From an uncultured virus (IMG/VR IMGVR_UViG_3300027708_000036) (taxonomy: Duplodnaviria > Heunggongvirae > Uroviricota > Caudoviricetes), in the IMG/VR virus record IMGVR_UViG_3300027708_000036: 54,441 nucleotides of DNA; one strand, 5' to 3'. The notes beneath the pieces were generated by a model. The model searched no databases and was not told where the DNA came from. It saw nothing but the letters and a program-made list of their open reading frames with translations. Of this stretch, positions 37,262 through 46,988 are shown piece after piece. Made by a program: the position numbers and the translations under genes. Numbering within the stretch: the stretch's first letter is position 1; the number at the start of each line of letters is the position of its first letter.

Positions 37262-38749
37262 ATGGCAATATCAAGAATAAATTCAAGAGCAATCCTAGAC
37301 GGAAGCGTTGTTGCTGCTGAGGTAGCTGATGGTGCTATTACACCTGCTAAACTGCAGACTGGTGTTGATTTTACTGTCAATACGGTAAGAGTTGGTCTTG
37401 GTGCTGGTGCAGTTTCAAGTAATACTACATTAGGTGCATCTGCTCTAGATACAAACTCTAGCGGTGCTCAAAACGTAGCCATCGGATATACAGCACTACA
37501 GAAAAATACAACTGCCAGTGAAAATACTGCAGTTGGTCATGGTTCTTTAACAAATAATACAACTGGTGCAGAATCGGTTGCAATTGGTAGATTAGCATTA
37601 TATACAAATACAACTGGTGGGCAAAATACTGCAGTTGGTAAACAAGCACTTGCTGGAAACACCACAGCATCTAATAACACAGCAGTGGGTTATCAAGCTG
37701 GTTACTCAAATACAACTGCTTCTGGAATTACTGCTGTTGGAAATCAAGCTGGTTATAGTGTTGCAGGCAGAGATAATACATTTATTGGCGTAAGTTCAGG
37801 TTTGTGGCAAACATCAGGGCTTGAAAATACTGCTGTTGGTAAAAATTCTTTTGTAGGAACCAACGGAAGCGCAACTGGTGGTGGTAATAGTGCATTTGGT
37901 GTAGGAACTTTAAGTGCTAATACTAGCGGTAGTTATGATGTTGCGCTAGGTAACTATTCTTTAACATCAAACACAAGCGGTGGATACAATACAGCAGTTG
38001 GTTATCAATCTTTACAAGCCAACACCACAGCCTCTCAAAACACAGCAGTAGGTTATCAAGCGGGGTATACAAGCGTACTTGGAACAAATAACACCTTTAT
38101 TGGTTATGGTGCTGGTTATACATCTAATGCTGCTACAACTACTGGTTATAACACTGCTGTTGGTGCTTATGCAGGATACAGTTTAACCACAGGAACACGC
38201 AATACCTTTATTGGTTCATTTCAATCTGGCGGTACTGCTGGCTCTGGTTCTGCTGTAACTACTGGAGGTGCCAACACTATTATTGGTGCTTACACAGGAA
38301 ATGGTAGTGGCTTAGATATTCGCACATCAAGTAACCGCATTGTAATATCAGATGGTGACGGCAGCCCAAGGCTCTATTATGACAACAACGGTGCTATTCA
38401 ATCTACAAGTGCAGTAGGTAATGGTACTTTATATCCAGCTTATTTCTGTCGTGCTTGGGTAAACTTTACTGGATCAAGTGGTTCAATTAACGGAAGTGGA
38501 AACGTAAGTTCTGTTACTAGGAATGCAACAGGTGATTACACAATTAATTTAACAACAGCTATGCCAGATGCAACATACGCAATCACTGGCTGCTTAAAGC
38601 CAACAACAGGACAAGCTGGAAATAATGCTAGAGATGTTCACGTAAAATATGATGCTACTCCAACTACTTCTTCATTCAGAGTTAATACAGCTACCGCTAG
38701 TGCTGGATATGAAGACCCAGACAATGTTTATTTAGCAATTTTTAGATAA
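37262..38749 (+). CDS. Putative fibre with 14-aa NTAVG beta-roll (YadA-head-like) repeats
   Basis: Tandem N-T-A-V-G-x-x-A/S repeats; C-terminal CRAWVNF..NVSSV...GDYTIN domain. Confidence 0.75.
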   Translation: MAISRINSRAILDGSVVAAEVADGAITPAKLQTGVDFTVNTVRVGLGAGAVSSNTTLGASALDTNSSGAQNVAIGYTALQKNTTASENTAVGHGSLTNNTTGAESVAIGRLALYTNTTGGQNTAVGKQALAGNTTASNNTAVGYQAGYSNTTASGITAVGNQAGYSVAGRDNTFIGVSSGLWQTSGLENTAVGKNSFVGTNGSATGGGNSAFGVGTLSANTSGSYDVALGNYSLTSNTSGGYNTAVGYQSLQANTTASQNTAVGYQAGYTSVLGTNNTFIGYGAGYTSNAATTTGYNTAVGAYAGYSLTTGTRNTFIGSFQSGGTAGSGSAVTTGGANTIIGAYTGNGSGLDIRTSSNRIVISDGDGSPRLYYDNNGAIQSTSAVGNGTLYPAYFCRAWVNFTGSSGSINGSGNVSSVTRNATGDYTINLTTAMPDATYAITGCLKPTTGQAGNNARDVHVKYDATPTTSSFRVNTATASAGYEDPDNVYLAIFR

Positions 38750-38758
38750 GAGACAGAC

Positions 38759-39178
38759 ATGGAAAAAGTAATTATTTATACAAACGAAAACGGAAATGTA
38801 AGCATAACTTTTCCTGCGCCAGAATTTTTAGAAACCCACATAATTGAAGATGTGTTGGCTAAAGACTGTCCTGATCATGCTATTATCGTTGATGATTCTA
38901 CACTACCAACAGATCATGATTTTTTTAATGCTTGGAGACTAGTTGATGGTGTAGTTTCTGTTAATTTAGATGCTGCTAAAGAAATTAAAAAAGAAGAATT
39001 AAGATTTGCAAGAACTCCACTATTACAAATACAAGATGTAGCGTTCCAAAGAGCACTTGAGACTGGTGCTGATACTTCTTCAATCGTTGCTGAGAAACAA
39101 AGACTTAGAGATATTACAAAATTCGCAGATGCAGCTACTACACTAGAACAATTAAGAGCAATCTCCATAGACGAATAA
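38759..39178 (+). CDS. Putative tail fibre assembly chaperone
   Basis: FFNAW, R.PLL...D, EKQRLRDIT. Confidence 0.7.
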   Translation: MEKVIIYTNENGNVSITFPAPEFLETHIIEDVLAKDCPDHAIIVDDSTLPTDHDFFNAWRLVDGVVSVNLDAAKEIKKEELRFARTPLLQIQDVAFQRALETGADTSSIVAEKQRLRDITKFADAATTLEQLRAISIDE

Positions 39179-39197
39179 ATAAACAAAGAGGTTAAAC

Positions 39198-39401
39198 ATG
39201 GCACTCACAAGAATAGAAACTGATGGCATTAAAGACTTGGCAGTCACTACACCAAAGATTGCCAATGATGCCATCACAACAGCAAAAATTGCAACTGGTG
39301 CAGTTACCAGTTCAGACATTCTAGACGGCACAGTAGATTCAGTAGATGTAACCAGCAACGTGCTTGATGGTTCACTTGCTTACTCTCTAGTGTTCTCTTA
39401 A
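39198..39401 (+). CDS. Small structural protein (AVT/AITTAKIA repeats; hydrophobic C-terminus)
   Basis: GAGG RBS; ORF track. Confidence 0.65.
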   Translation: MALTRIETDGIKDLAVTTPKIANDAITTAKIATGAVTSSDILDGTVDSVDVTSNVLDGSLAYSLVFS

Positions 39402-39415
39402 TCAAGGAAAATTAA

Positions 39416-39742
39416 ATGGCATCCGCATTCAAATCAGCTGCAACTACTCTGTCAACTACTAGTAGAACAGATCTTTATACTGCACCAGCGTCAACTACAA
39501 GTGTGGTGCACAATCTTACTATCGCCAATATCGATGGAACAAACAGCGCAACTATTACTATTGAAGTGTACAAAAGTGCTGCAACTACATACTACAAACT
39601 GGCATACCTAGTTCCAGTGCCAGCAGGTTCAACATTGATTTTTGATAAGCCAATCAATCTAGAAACTGGCGACAAGATCAGTTTGACTGCATCTGCGTCA
39701 AATGCTCTTTCTGGTTTTGTTTCAGTAATGCAGATCACTTAA
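39416..39742 (+). CDS. Small beta-sandwich virion protein (paralogue of 33279)
   Basis: MASAFK..LYTAP..VPAGSTL. Confidence 0.7.
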   Translation: MASAFKSAATTLSTTSRTDLYTAPASTTSVVHNLTIANIDGTNSATITIEVYKSAATTYYKLAYLVPVPAGSTLIFDKPINLETGDKISLTASASNALSGFVSVMQIT

Positions 39743-39751
39743 GGATAAGAC

Positions 39752-40831
39752 ATGGCTCTTACTCAAGTTCAGAGTGGAATTTTAGCAGATAGTACCCAGA
39801 CATACGGTATGAAAAACCGCATCATTAATGGTGCGATGGTGATTGACCAGCGTAATGCGGGGGCTAGTGTTACTCCAGCTTCTAATCCAACTTATACATT
39901 GGATAGATGGGTTTACACATATTCACAAAATTCTAAATTTAGCGTTCAACAAAACGCTGGTTCTGTAACTCCACCCGCAGGATTTACAAACTATATTGGG
40001 TTTACTTCTTTAGCGGCAACATCATTAGGCTCAACTGACTATTTTATTTTGCGTCAAATGGTGGAAGGCTTTAATACGGCAGACCTCGCTTTTGGAACAG
40101 CATCAGCCAAAACCATCACCCTCAGTTTTTGGGTGCGTAGTTCTTTAACTGGTACTTTTGGTGGTGCAATTTCCAATTCGGGTGAAAGCAGAAATTACCC
40201 TTTTACTTACACAATTTCTTCTGCAAACACTTGGGAACAAAAGTCAGTAACCATTGCTGGTGATACATCAGGAACTTGGTTGACTACCAATGGTATTGGC
40301 ATTGAATTAAGCATAGGTCTTGGTGTTGGTTCTACTTATAGTGGAACTGCTGGTGCGTGGACAAGTTCGCTTTTTGTTTGTGCTACAGGTGCTACTAATG
40401 TGGCTGGCACAAACGGAGCAACCTTCTACATTACTGGTGTGCAACTAGAAAAAGGCAGTACCGCAACATCGTTTGATTACAGACCTTATGGGACTGAGTT
40501 GCAGTTATGTCAGAGGTATTTTGCTAAATTGAGTGCTGCTGGTGCAGCATATACAGCATTTGGTGTTGCTAGAGGAAACGGTGCATCAAGTGTTTATGCT
40601 TATCTTAAATACCCAACAACAATGCGTTCAGCCCCTACAACCGTGCAATCTAATACAGGAGTTAATTTTCCTAGTCAAGCCTCAATAACTGCGATAACTG
40701 CAACGTATGACGGTCTTGATTCGTCTGGGGTTGAAATGTCAACATCAGCAACTATTGGTGCTGGTATTTGTGCGTTATGGAATGCGAATAATAATGGTGC
40801 TGCATTTGTTACTTTAAGCGCAGAACTTTAG
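39752..40831 (+). CDS. Putative fibre/adhesin, NRIINGAM family copy 2
   Basis: Same motifs as 33605. Confidence 0.75.
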   Translation: MALTQVQSGILADSTQTYGMKNRIINGAMVIDQRNAGASVTPASNPTYTLDRWVYTYSQNSKFSVQQNAGSVTPPAGFTNYIGFTSLAATSLGSTDYFILRQMVEGFNTADLAFGTASAKTITLSFWVRSSLTGTFGGAISNSGESRNYPFTYTISSANTWEQKSVTIAGDTSGTWLTTNGIGIELSIGLGVGSTYSGTAGAWTSSLFVCATGATNVAGTNGATFYITGVQLEKGSTATSFDYRPYGTELQLCQRYFAKLSAAGAAYTAFGVARGNGASSVYAYLKYPTTMRSAPTTVQSNTGVNFPSQASITAITATYDGLDSSGVEMSTSATIGAGICALWNANNNGAAFVTLSAEL

Positions 40832-40840
40832 GAGACATGA

Positions 40841-41002
40841 ATGTATAAACAATCTAAATCTTTTATGGAAAATATGAAGATAGTATCAGTAATTCGTTTG
40901 TCTGATGGCGCATCTATTCCTTTTGACCCTAACAACACAGACTACCAAGAATACCTAAAGTGGGTTGCAGAAGGTAATACACCACTCCCAGCAGAGGAAT
41001 AA
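40841..41002 (+). CDS. Small partner protein copy 2
   Basis: MYKQ...[28 protein letters not shown]. Confidence 0.8.
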   Translation: MYKQSKSFMENMKIVSVIRLSDGASIPFDPNNTDYQEYLKWVAEGNTPLPAEE

Positions 41003-41010
41003 ATAAGTAT

Positions 41011-42051
41011 ATGTACTTAGGCAATCAACCACTCTCAGCGTCTTACCTAACTGATTACTTCAGTGGTAACAACACGACTGTAGCATTCACTCTTTCAAGA
41101 GCACCAGTATCTGCTTCTTCTGTTATCATCACTATTTCTGGTGTTAAACAGGCAGCATCCACATACGGTGTTTCTGGAACAACTCTAACATTCTCTGCTG
41201 CACCTCCAACTGGCACAAACAATATTGAAGTGTTACATCTTGGTGTTCAGCCAGATACAGTTGTTCAACCATCATACAGAACAATCACAGAATTTACAGC
41301 GACTGCAGGACAGACTACTTTCTCTCCTGCTAGTTACACTGCTGGATACATTGATGTGTATCGCAATGGTGTTAAGTTAGGATCTGCAGACTTCACAGCA
41401 ACAAATGGTACTAGCGTAGTATTGGCAAATGCCTGTGCAGCTGGTGACTATGTTCGCTTTGAAGGATTCTTGATCACAACATTTAATAATGCGATTGCCA
41501 ATACCAATGGTGCTGTTGGTGATAGTTTAATTGCTTCAGTTTCTGCAAGTAAGTTGACAGGAACACAAACCATACCAAGAGGCACATTGCCTACGGGGTC
41601 TGTGTTGCAGGTGGTGCAAACTGTTAAAACAGATACTTTTTCAACAACATCAGGCTCTTTAACTGATATAACTGGAATGTCTGTAAGTATTACTCCCACA
41701 AGTGCAACAAGTAAAATTTTAGTGCAGTATTTTATTGGAGAAATTGGTCCTGGAAATGATGAAGCACTTGGTATTGCATTATTAAGAGGCTCTACTGTTA
41801 TTGGTGCTGGAGCAACTGCGGGAAGCCGTACTTTAACTTCTACCGCTGCAGTTTATGCAAATGATAGAGGTGCTCCTCAAGCATTTTGTTTTTTAGATTC
41901 ACCAGCAACTACATCTTCAACAACTTATAAATTACAAATTTATGTAAATGGCGGAAACACAGTTCATGTTAATAGGTCTTCAACAGACACAGACAGCACA
42001 ACATATGCAAGAACAGCATCAACAATTACAGCTATGGAGATTGCGGCATGA
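41011..42051 (+). CDS. Putative fibre protein (GSVLQVV...MEIAA C-terminal domain)
   Basis: FSGNNTT module; DSPATTSSTTYKLQ. Confidence 0.7.
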   Translation: MYLGNQPLSASYLTDYFSGNNTTVAFTLSRAPVSASSVIITISGVKQAASTYGVSGTTLTFSAAPPTGTNNIEVLHLGVQPDTVVQPSYRTITEFTATAGQTTFSPASYTAGYIDVYRNGVKLGSADFTATNGTSVVLANACAAGDYVRFEGFLITTFNNAIANTNGAVGDSLIASVSASKLTGTQTIPRGTLPTGSVLQVVQTVKTDTFSTTSGSLTDITGMSVSITPTSATSKILVQYFIGEIGPGNDEALGIALLRGSTVIGAGATAGSRTLTSTAAVYANDRGAPQAFCFLDSPATTSSTTYKLQIYVNGGNTVHVNRSSTDTDSTTYARTASTITAMEIAA

Positions 42052-42320
42052 ACCACAAAGCAATTTATGCTCTTTACACAAATGTTGTCACTATTGATGA
42101 CGGCACTGGCGCTTTTGATAAAGACGGCAACAAAGTAACTATTGATATGTTGGCAGTTAACGCATGGGTTGACCCCAAAGCATATGTAGCCAAGCGTGCG
42201 TCAGAATATCCTACCATCGGTGATCAATTAGATGCACTATGGAAAGGTGGCGATGCAGCTGCCGAAATGCTTGCAAAAGTACAAGCAGTAAAGAACAAGT
42301 ATCCTAAGGGAACAGAATAA
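42048..42320 (+). CDS. Small partner protein (EYP..DQLD..VKNKYPK family)
   Basis: ATGA overlap with the upstream gene; paralogue of 44379. Confidence 0.72.
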   Translation: MNHKAIYALYTNVVTIDDGTGAFDKDGNKVTIDMLAVNAWVDPKAYVAKRASEYPTIGDQLDALWKGGDAAAEMLAKVQAVKNKYPKGTE

Positions 42321-43405
42321 TGACACAAGCAGTCACATTAGCGCAAATAGGTTCTAATAATGGAACCTTCCGCAATAAGATTATTAATGGTGCAATGGTT
42401 ATCGATCAGCGCAATGCTGGTGGAAGTGTCACACCATCTGGTGACCAATATACTGTAGACAGATGGCAAATTGCAATCGGTAGTTCTGGTGCATGGGTAT
42501 CTGTACAACAAAATTCTGGTAATGCTCCAGTCAACCAAGGTTTTGCTCAATGTCTAAAACTAACTTCTACTGGTGCCAATACACCTTCTAGTGGCTCAAT
42601 TCATGTGTTACAACAAAGAATAGAAGGTAACAATATTGCAGATTTATGTTTTGGTACTGCCAATGCAAAAACAATTACATTATCATTCTGGGTTAATCAA
42701 AGCGTGACTGGTACATATGGTGGTGTTGTGACTAATAATGGTATAACTAGAGCGTATGGTTTTACTTATACTATCAATTCAGCAAATACTTGGGAATATA
42801 AAACAGCAACAATTCCTGGAGATACAACTGGCACTTGGGTAATTGATAATGGTATTGGAATGAGAGTTATATTTAACACAGGTAGTGGATCTGGACAATG
42901 CATTACAGCTGGAAGTTGGCAAACTGGTACTGGTGGTATATATGGTGTTTCTGGTGTACAAACGCTTTCTTCAACATCTGGTGCTACTATGTATCTTACT
43001 GGTGTCCAGTTAGAAGCTGGTACTGTACCAACATCATTTGAACTTCGTTCTTATAGTAAAGAACTATTGATGTGCCAAAGATACTACGAACTAACTGGTT
43101 TTGGTAATATTGCTATTTTTGAATCTGGTTCAACATATGTTATGAACTTAGTTTATAAAGTCACTAAACGAGCGCAACCATCAATTGGTCTGTATTGGAC
43201 TTCAAATATTCGTGTTAGACAATTTGGTACTTCCGACAGAGATGCTTCATCTCCAGGTGTGGGTAGTACAGCAGGTAGCTCAAATGGTGGATATATTAAA
43301 ATAAATGGATTTGGCTCGGTTGGGGCAACTAGTTCGGTAGCAGGTATTGGGTTTACTACTTCGTCAGAAAATGGCGATTTATTTTCCATTAGTGCGGAGT
43401 TATAA
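42320..43405 (+). CDS. Putative fibre/adhesin, NRIINGAM family copy 3
   Basis: NKIINGAMVIDQRNAG..CQRYY..SAEL. Confidence 0.75.
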   Translation: MTQAVTLAQIGSNNGTFRNKIINGAMVIDQRNAGGSVTPSGDQYTVDRWQIAIGSSGAWVSVQQNSGNAPVNQGFAQCLKLTSTGANTPSSGSIHVLQQRIEGNNIADLCFGTANAKTITLSFWVNQSVTGTYGGVVTNNGITRAYGFTYTINSANTWEYKTATIPGDTTGTWVIDNGIGMRVIFNTGSGSGQCITAGSWQTGTGGIYGVSGVQTLSSTSGATMYLTGVQLEAGTVPTSFELRSYSKELLMCQRYYELTGFGNIAIFESGSTYVMNLVYKVTKRAQPSIGLYWTSNIRVRQFGTSDRDASSPGVGSTAGSSNGGYIKINGFGSVGATSSVAGIGFTTSSENGDLFSISAEL

Positions 43406-43407
43406 AA

Positions 43408-43557
43408 ATGTATAAATTAACTAAAGAAAACGATTCTGTTGTAAAAGATAATATATTGAGTATTCCATTTGCTGAAGATAATACAGACTATCAAGAATAT
43501 CTAAAATGGGTTGCTGAAGGTAACACTCCACAACCAGCAGACGAACCACAGGAATAA
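43408..43557 (+). CDS. Small partner protein copy 3
   Basis: MYKL...[31 protein letters not shown]. Confidence 0.8.
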   Translation: MYKLTKENDSVVKDNILSIPFAEDNTDYQEYLKWVAEGNTPQPADEPQE

Positions 43558-43560
43558 CAA

Positions 43561-44382
43561 ATGGCTTACTTAGGTCGTGTAAAACCAACTGAAACTACAT
43601 CCAGTGTATTAAGATCTACATACACTGGTAATGGTTCAACCACAACATATGCTCTTCCTGGTCCAGTTGCCAATGAGACATCAATTATCGCAACTATCAA
43701 TGGTGTGACTCAGCAAGACGCTGCATACTCTACTGATGGTTCAAATATTATCTTTGTTGCTGCACCTGCACTTGGTGATAGCATCGAAATCCGTACACTC
43801 TCTGCAGTTGCCATGAGTTATGCTCCAAGTGCTGGCTCTGTTGTTACTGGTATTATTGCTGATGGTGCAGTTACTACTGCAAAGATTAATGACGCTTCTG
43901 TGACTGGTGCAAAACTAGCCACTGGTGCAGCTGTTGCAAATATTGGTGCTAGAGCCATTACTGTTGGTCAAGTTCCTGCTGGATCTGTGATTCAAGTAGT
44001 TTCATCTCAGCCTATCAATCTTTCATCTACAACTGCAAACGCTGTTTTAACATCTTTAAGTATAACACCATCAAGTGCTTCATCAAGAATACTTCTTTTT
44101 GGTAGCGTTGAAGGTGAAAGAAATGGTGGTTCTGCTGGCAATTATATTTTTGGACAATTAAGAAAAAATACAACAAATATACGAGGATTTATGAACGCTG
44201 CTGGTTATCAACAAACAACAGGTGCTAGAAATTATAATTCATTTGCATATATCGATTCTCCTTCAACAACATCGGCTATAACATATGATTTATGGGTTGA
44301 CCACACAACTTCAGGTGCAGCATCTGGCATAACTTGGGGTTGGTACTCAGCATCAATTCATGCATTGGAGATTGCATCGTGA
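43561..44382 (+). CDS. Putative fibre protein (GSVIQVV...LEIAS C-terminal domain)
   Basis: YTGNGSTT module; DSPSTTSAITY; paralogue of 41011. Confidence 0.7.
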   Translation: MAYLGRVKPTETTSSVLRSTYTGNGSTTTYALPGPVANETSIIATINGVTQQDAAYSTDGSNIIFVAAPALGDSIEIRTLSAVAMSYAPSAGSVVTGIIADGAVTTAKINDASVTGAKLATGAAVANIGARAITVGQVPAGSVIQVVSSQPINLSSTTANAVLTSLSITPSSASSRILLFGSVEGERNGGSAGNYIFGQLRKNTTNIRGFMNAAGYQQTTGARNYNSFAYIDSPSTTSAITYDLWVDHTTSGAASGITWGWYSASIHALEIAS

Positions 44383-44687
44383 AATCACAAATTAGAGGAC
44401 ATTTAATCGCTGAAGCAATAAGTTCTTTGCGCCCACTATCTTTGTATACGGTAGGTTCAGATGAAAGTATTAATTGGATTGATACAGTTCAAACTCAACC
44501 AACACAAGCAGAAATTGAAGCAGAAATTATCCGTCTTCAAGCTGAGTATAATACTAAACAATATCAAAGACTTCGTGCTGCAGAATACCCATCCTACGCA
44601 GACCAGTTTGATACAATTTTCCATGAAGGTATTGATGCATGGAAAGCACAGATTCAAGCAGTTAAAGACAAATATCCTAAGGTCTAA
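44379..44687 (+). CDS. Small partner protein (EYP..DQFD..VKDKYPK family)
   Basis: GTGA overlap with the upstream stop; GGAG RBS. Confidence 0.72.
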   Translation: MKSQIRGHLIAEAISSLRPLSLYTVGSDESINWIDTVQTQPTQAEIEAEIIRLQAEYNTKQYQRLRAAEYPSYADQFDTIFHEGIDAWKAQIQAVKDKYPKV

Positions 44688-44690
44688 GAA

Positions 44691-45737
44691 ATGCCATTAA
44701 CACAAATTACTACCAGTAATATCGACACAACAAATTCGTTGTTCTTCCGCAATCGTATCATTAATGGTGCGATGATGATTGACCAAAGAAATGCTGGAGG
44801 TAGTGTTACAGTAGCTAGTTCTTCTGTATATACATTAGACAGATGGGCTACATTAAATGTGGCAAGTTCTAAATTTTCTGTGCAACAGAATGCTGGTTCT
44901 GTTACTCCACCACCTGGCTTTACTAATTATCTTGGTTTAACTTCATTAGCAGCTACAAGTCTTGCAGCTGGTGATTATTATCAAGTATTACAGACAATCG
45001 AAGGAACTAATATTTCTGATTTAGATTGGGGTAAATCCACTGCTAAATCAATTACTGTATCATTTTGGGTACGCTCAAGTCTTATAGGAAATCATGGAGG
45101 AGCACTTTTAAATGATGGTAATGCTCGTTCATATCCATTCTCATATACTATTAATTCTGCAAATACTTGGGAATATAAAACAATTACTATTGCTGGTGAC
45201 ACATCAGGTACTTGGTTAACAACTAATGGTATTGGTTTACAATTGCGTTTTTCTTTGGGTATTGGTTCTACATATACTACTACTGCGGGTGCATGGGTTT
45301 CTGGAGTTTATGGTGCTCCAACAGGATCAGTAAATATTGCTGGAACAAACGGAGCAACTTTCTATATTACTGGTGTACAGTTAGAAGTTGGTACTGCTGC
45401 GACTGCATTTGAGCGTCGTCCATATGGTACTGAGTTAGAATTGTGTCAGAGATATTATGGATATTACCCATCAGTAACATTCACAAACCCATCTACAGCT
45501 TTATACAATGGATTTATTTTACATTATAAAGTTACAATGAGAGGAACTCCTACGGTTGTGTGTTATAGTACAGCTACAGGAGCAGCAAATAAATTACGAT
45601 ATCAAGATGGTGCAGCTGATATCACCACTTATCAAGGTGGAACCAATGCTAATACAGTTTCAATAGCTGCAAATAATTCAAGCACTAATGGTGGGTCAAA
45701 TATGTTCGTTACTGTTACATGCGATGCGGAGTTATAA
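44691..45737 (+). CDS. Putative fibre/adhesin, NRIINGAM family copy 4
   Basis: Same motifs; ends DAEL. Confidence 0.75.
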   Translation: MPLTQITTSNIDTTNSLFFRNRIINGAMMIDQRNAGGSVTVASSSVYTLDRWATLNVASSKFSVQQNAGSVTPPPGFTNYLGLTSLAATSLAAGDYYQVLQTIEGTNISDLDWGKSTAKSITVSFWVRSSLIGNHGGALLNDGNARSYPFSYTINSANTWEYKTITIAGDTSGTWLTTNGIGLQLRFSLGIGSTYTTTAGAWVSGVYGAPTGSVNIAGTNGATFYITGVQLEVGTAATAFERRPYGTELELCQRYYGYYPSVTFTNPSTALYNGFILHYKVTMRGTPTVVCYSTATGAANKLRYQDGAADITTYQGGTNANTVSIAANNSSTNGGSNMFVTVTCDAEL

Positions 45738-45739
45738 AA

Positions 45740-45895
45740 ATGTATAAACAAGTAAAATCACCTGCTGGAATTATCTTAGATTATGTTATCAGAGAAACTG
45801 GTGGATGGATTCCATTCGATCCAGATAATAGAGACTACCAAGAATATCTAAAATGGTTAGAAGCAGGTAATACTCCGCTTCCTGCAGACGAATAA
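45740..45895 (+). CDS. Small partner protein copy 4
   Basis: MYKQ...[28 protein letters not shown]. Confidence 0.8.
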   Translation: MYKQVKSPAGIILDYVIRETGGWIPFDPDNRDYQEYLKWLEAGNTPLPADE

Positions 45896-45924
45896 ATAAC
45901 AGAGAACATCACAGAGAATAACCT

Positions 45925-46776
45925 ATGTATATTGGAAGAGATCCCATCTATGGCGCCTACGAGTTACAAACGCTAACTCCAGACAGTAGCACAACTACAT
46001 TCACTCTGACTTATGCCGTTGGTGCAGCTCCAGCCATCATGGTATTTTACGGTGGTGTATATCAAACTCCAGGTGTGGCATATGCTTTATCAGGTGGTGG
46101 TACAAGCATTGTTTTCTCTGAAGCACCAGTAACTGGCACAACATTAATCATTGTCTATCTCGGTCGTCAATTAACAGTTGCTCGTACTGCTGGACAAGAA
46201 ACAACTACACAATCGTTTACTGGTGACGGAACAACTACCAGTTTTACACTAACAGATGCACCAGTTGTTTCTTCAGGTGTTCTAGTATTCATTGATGGTA
46301 TTCAACAGAAACTTACAACACACTTTTCTGTTTCTGGCTCTAACATTATTTTCAACACTGCTCCTGATGCCAGTGCTGAAATTGATGTTTATACACTGGT
46401 CAAGGAAAAAGTTTCTATTGACACAGTTGGTGATGGTGTGCTTACTCGTGCAAAATTAGCGTCTTCAATTAATCGTAGCACAGTTGGTGTTTACTCGATT
46501 ATCACTGGTGCAACAACTGCTACTGCTGGTTCTTATTACTTTGTAGATACTACCTCAGCTGCGATTACTCTAACATTACCAACAACTGCAGTATTAGGTG
46601 ATACCATTCGTATTATAGATATGGCAGGAACATTTGCTACAAACAATTTAACAGTGTCTAGAAATGGTCACAAAATTCAAAGAATCGCAGACAACTTAAC
46701 AGTTAACCTTGCTGGTTCTTCTTTTGATTTAATTTACTCGAACAGCACAAACGGCTGGCTCGTATTCTCACTGTAA
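45925..46776 (+). CDS. Putative fibre/baseplate-attachment protein
   Basis: FTGDGTTT modules; C-terminal YFVDTTSAAITLTLP..GD.IRIID..F..NNLTV..GW (gp9/gp10-like domain). Confidence 0.68.
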   Translation: MYIGRDPIYGAYELQTLTPDSSTTTFTLTYAVGAAPAIMVFYGGVYQTPGVAYALSGGGTSIVFSEAPVTGTTLIIVYLGRQLTVARTAGQETTTQSFTGDGTTTSFTLTDAPVVSSGVLVFIDGIQQKLTTHFSVSGSNIIFNTAPDASAEIDVYTLVKEKVSIDTVGDGVLTRAKLASSINRSTVGVYSIITGATTATAGSYYFVDTTSAAITLTLPTTAVLGDTIRIIDMAGTFATNNLTVSRNGHKIQRIADNLTVNLAGSSFDLIYSNSTNGWLVFSL

Positions 46777-46784
46777 GGTAAAAA

Positions 46785-46988
46785 ATGGCGACAATATACA
46801 GCGCAATTAAGAACTATGGTGGAGCTGCAGGTGGTGGCTCTGACAAGGTATTCGTTGAGAATGATAAAACAATGAACAGTAGTTATACTATTACTACTGG
46901 TAAAAATGCCGAAGCAGTTGGTCCAATTACCGTTGCTTCAGGTGCAACTCTAACAGTTCCAAGCGGACAAAGATTGGTGATACTATGA
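46785..46988 (+). CDS. Small virion-associated hypothetical protein
   Basis: FVEND...YTITTGKNA..VGPITVASGATLTVPSG. Confidence 0.65.
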   Translation: MATIYSAIKNYGGAAGGGSDKVFVENDKTMNSSYTITTGKNAEAVGPITVASGATLTVPSGQRLVIL

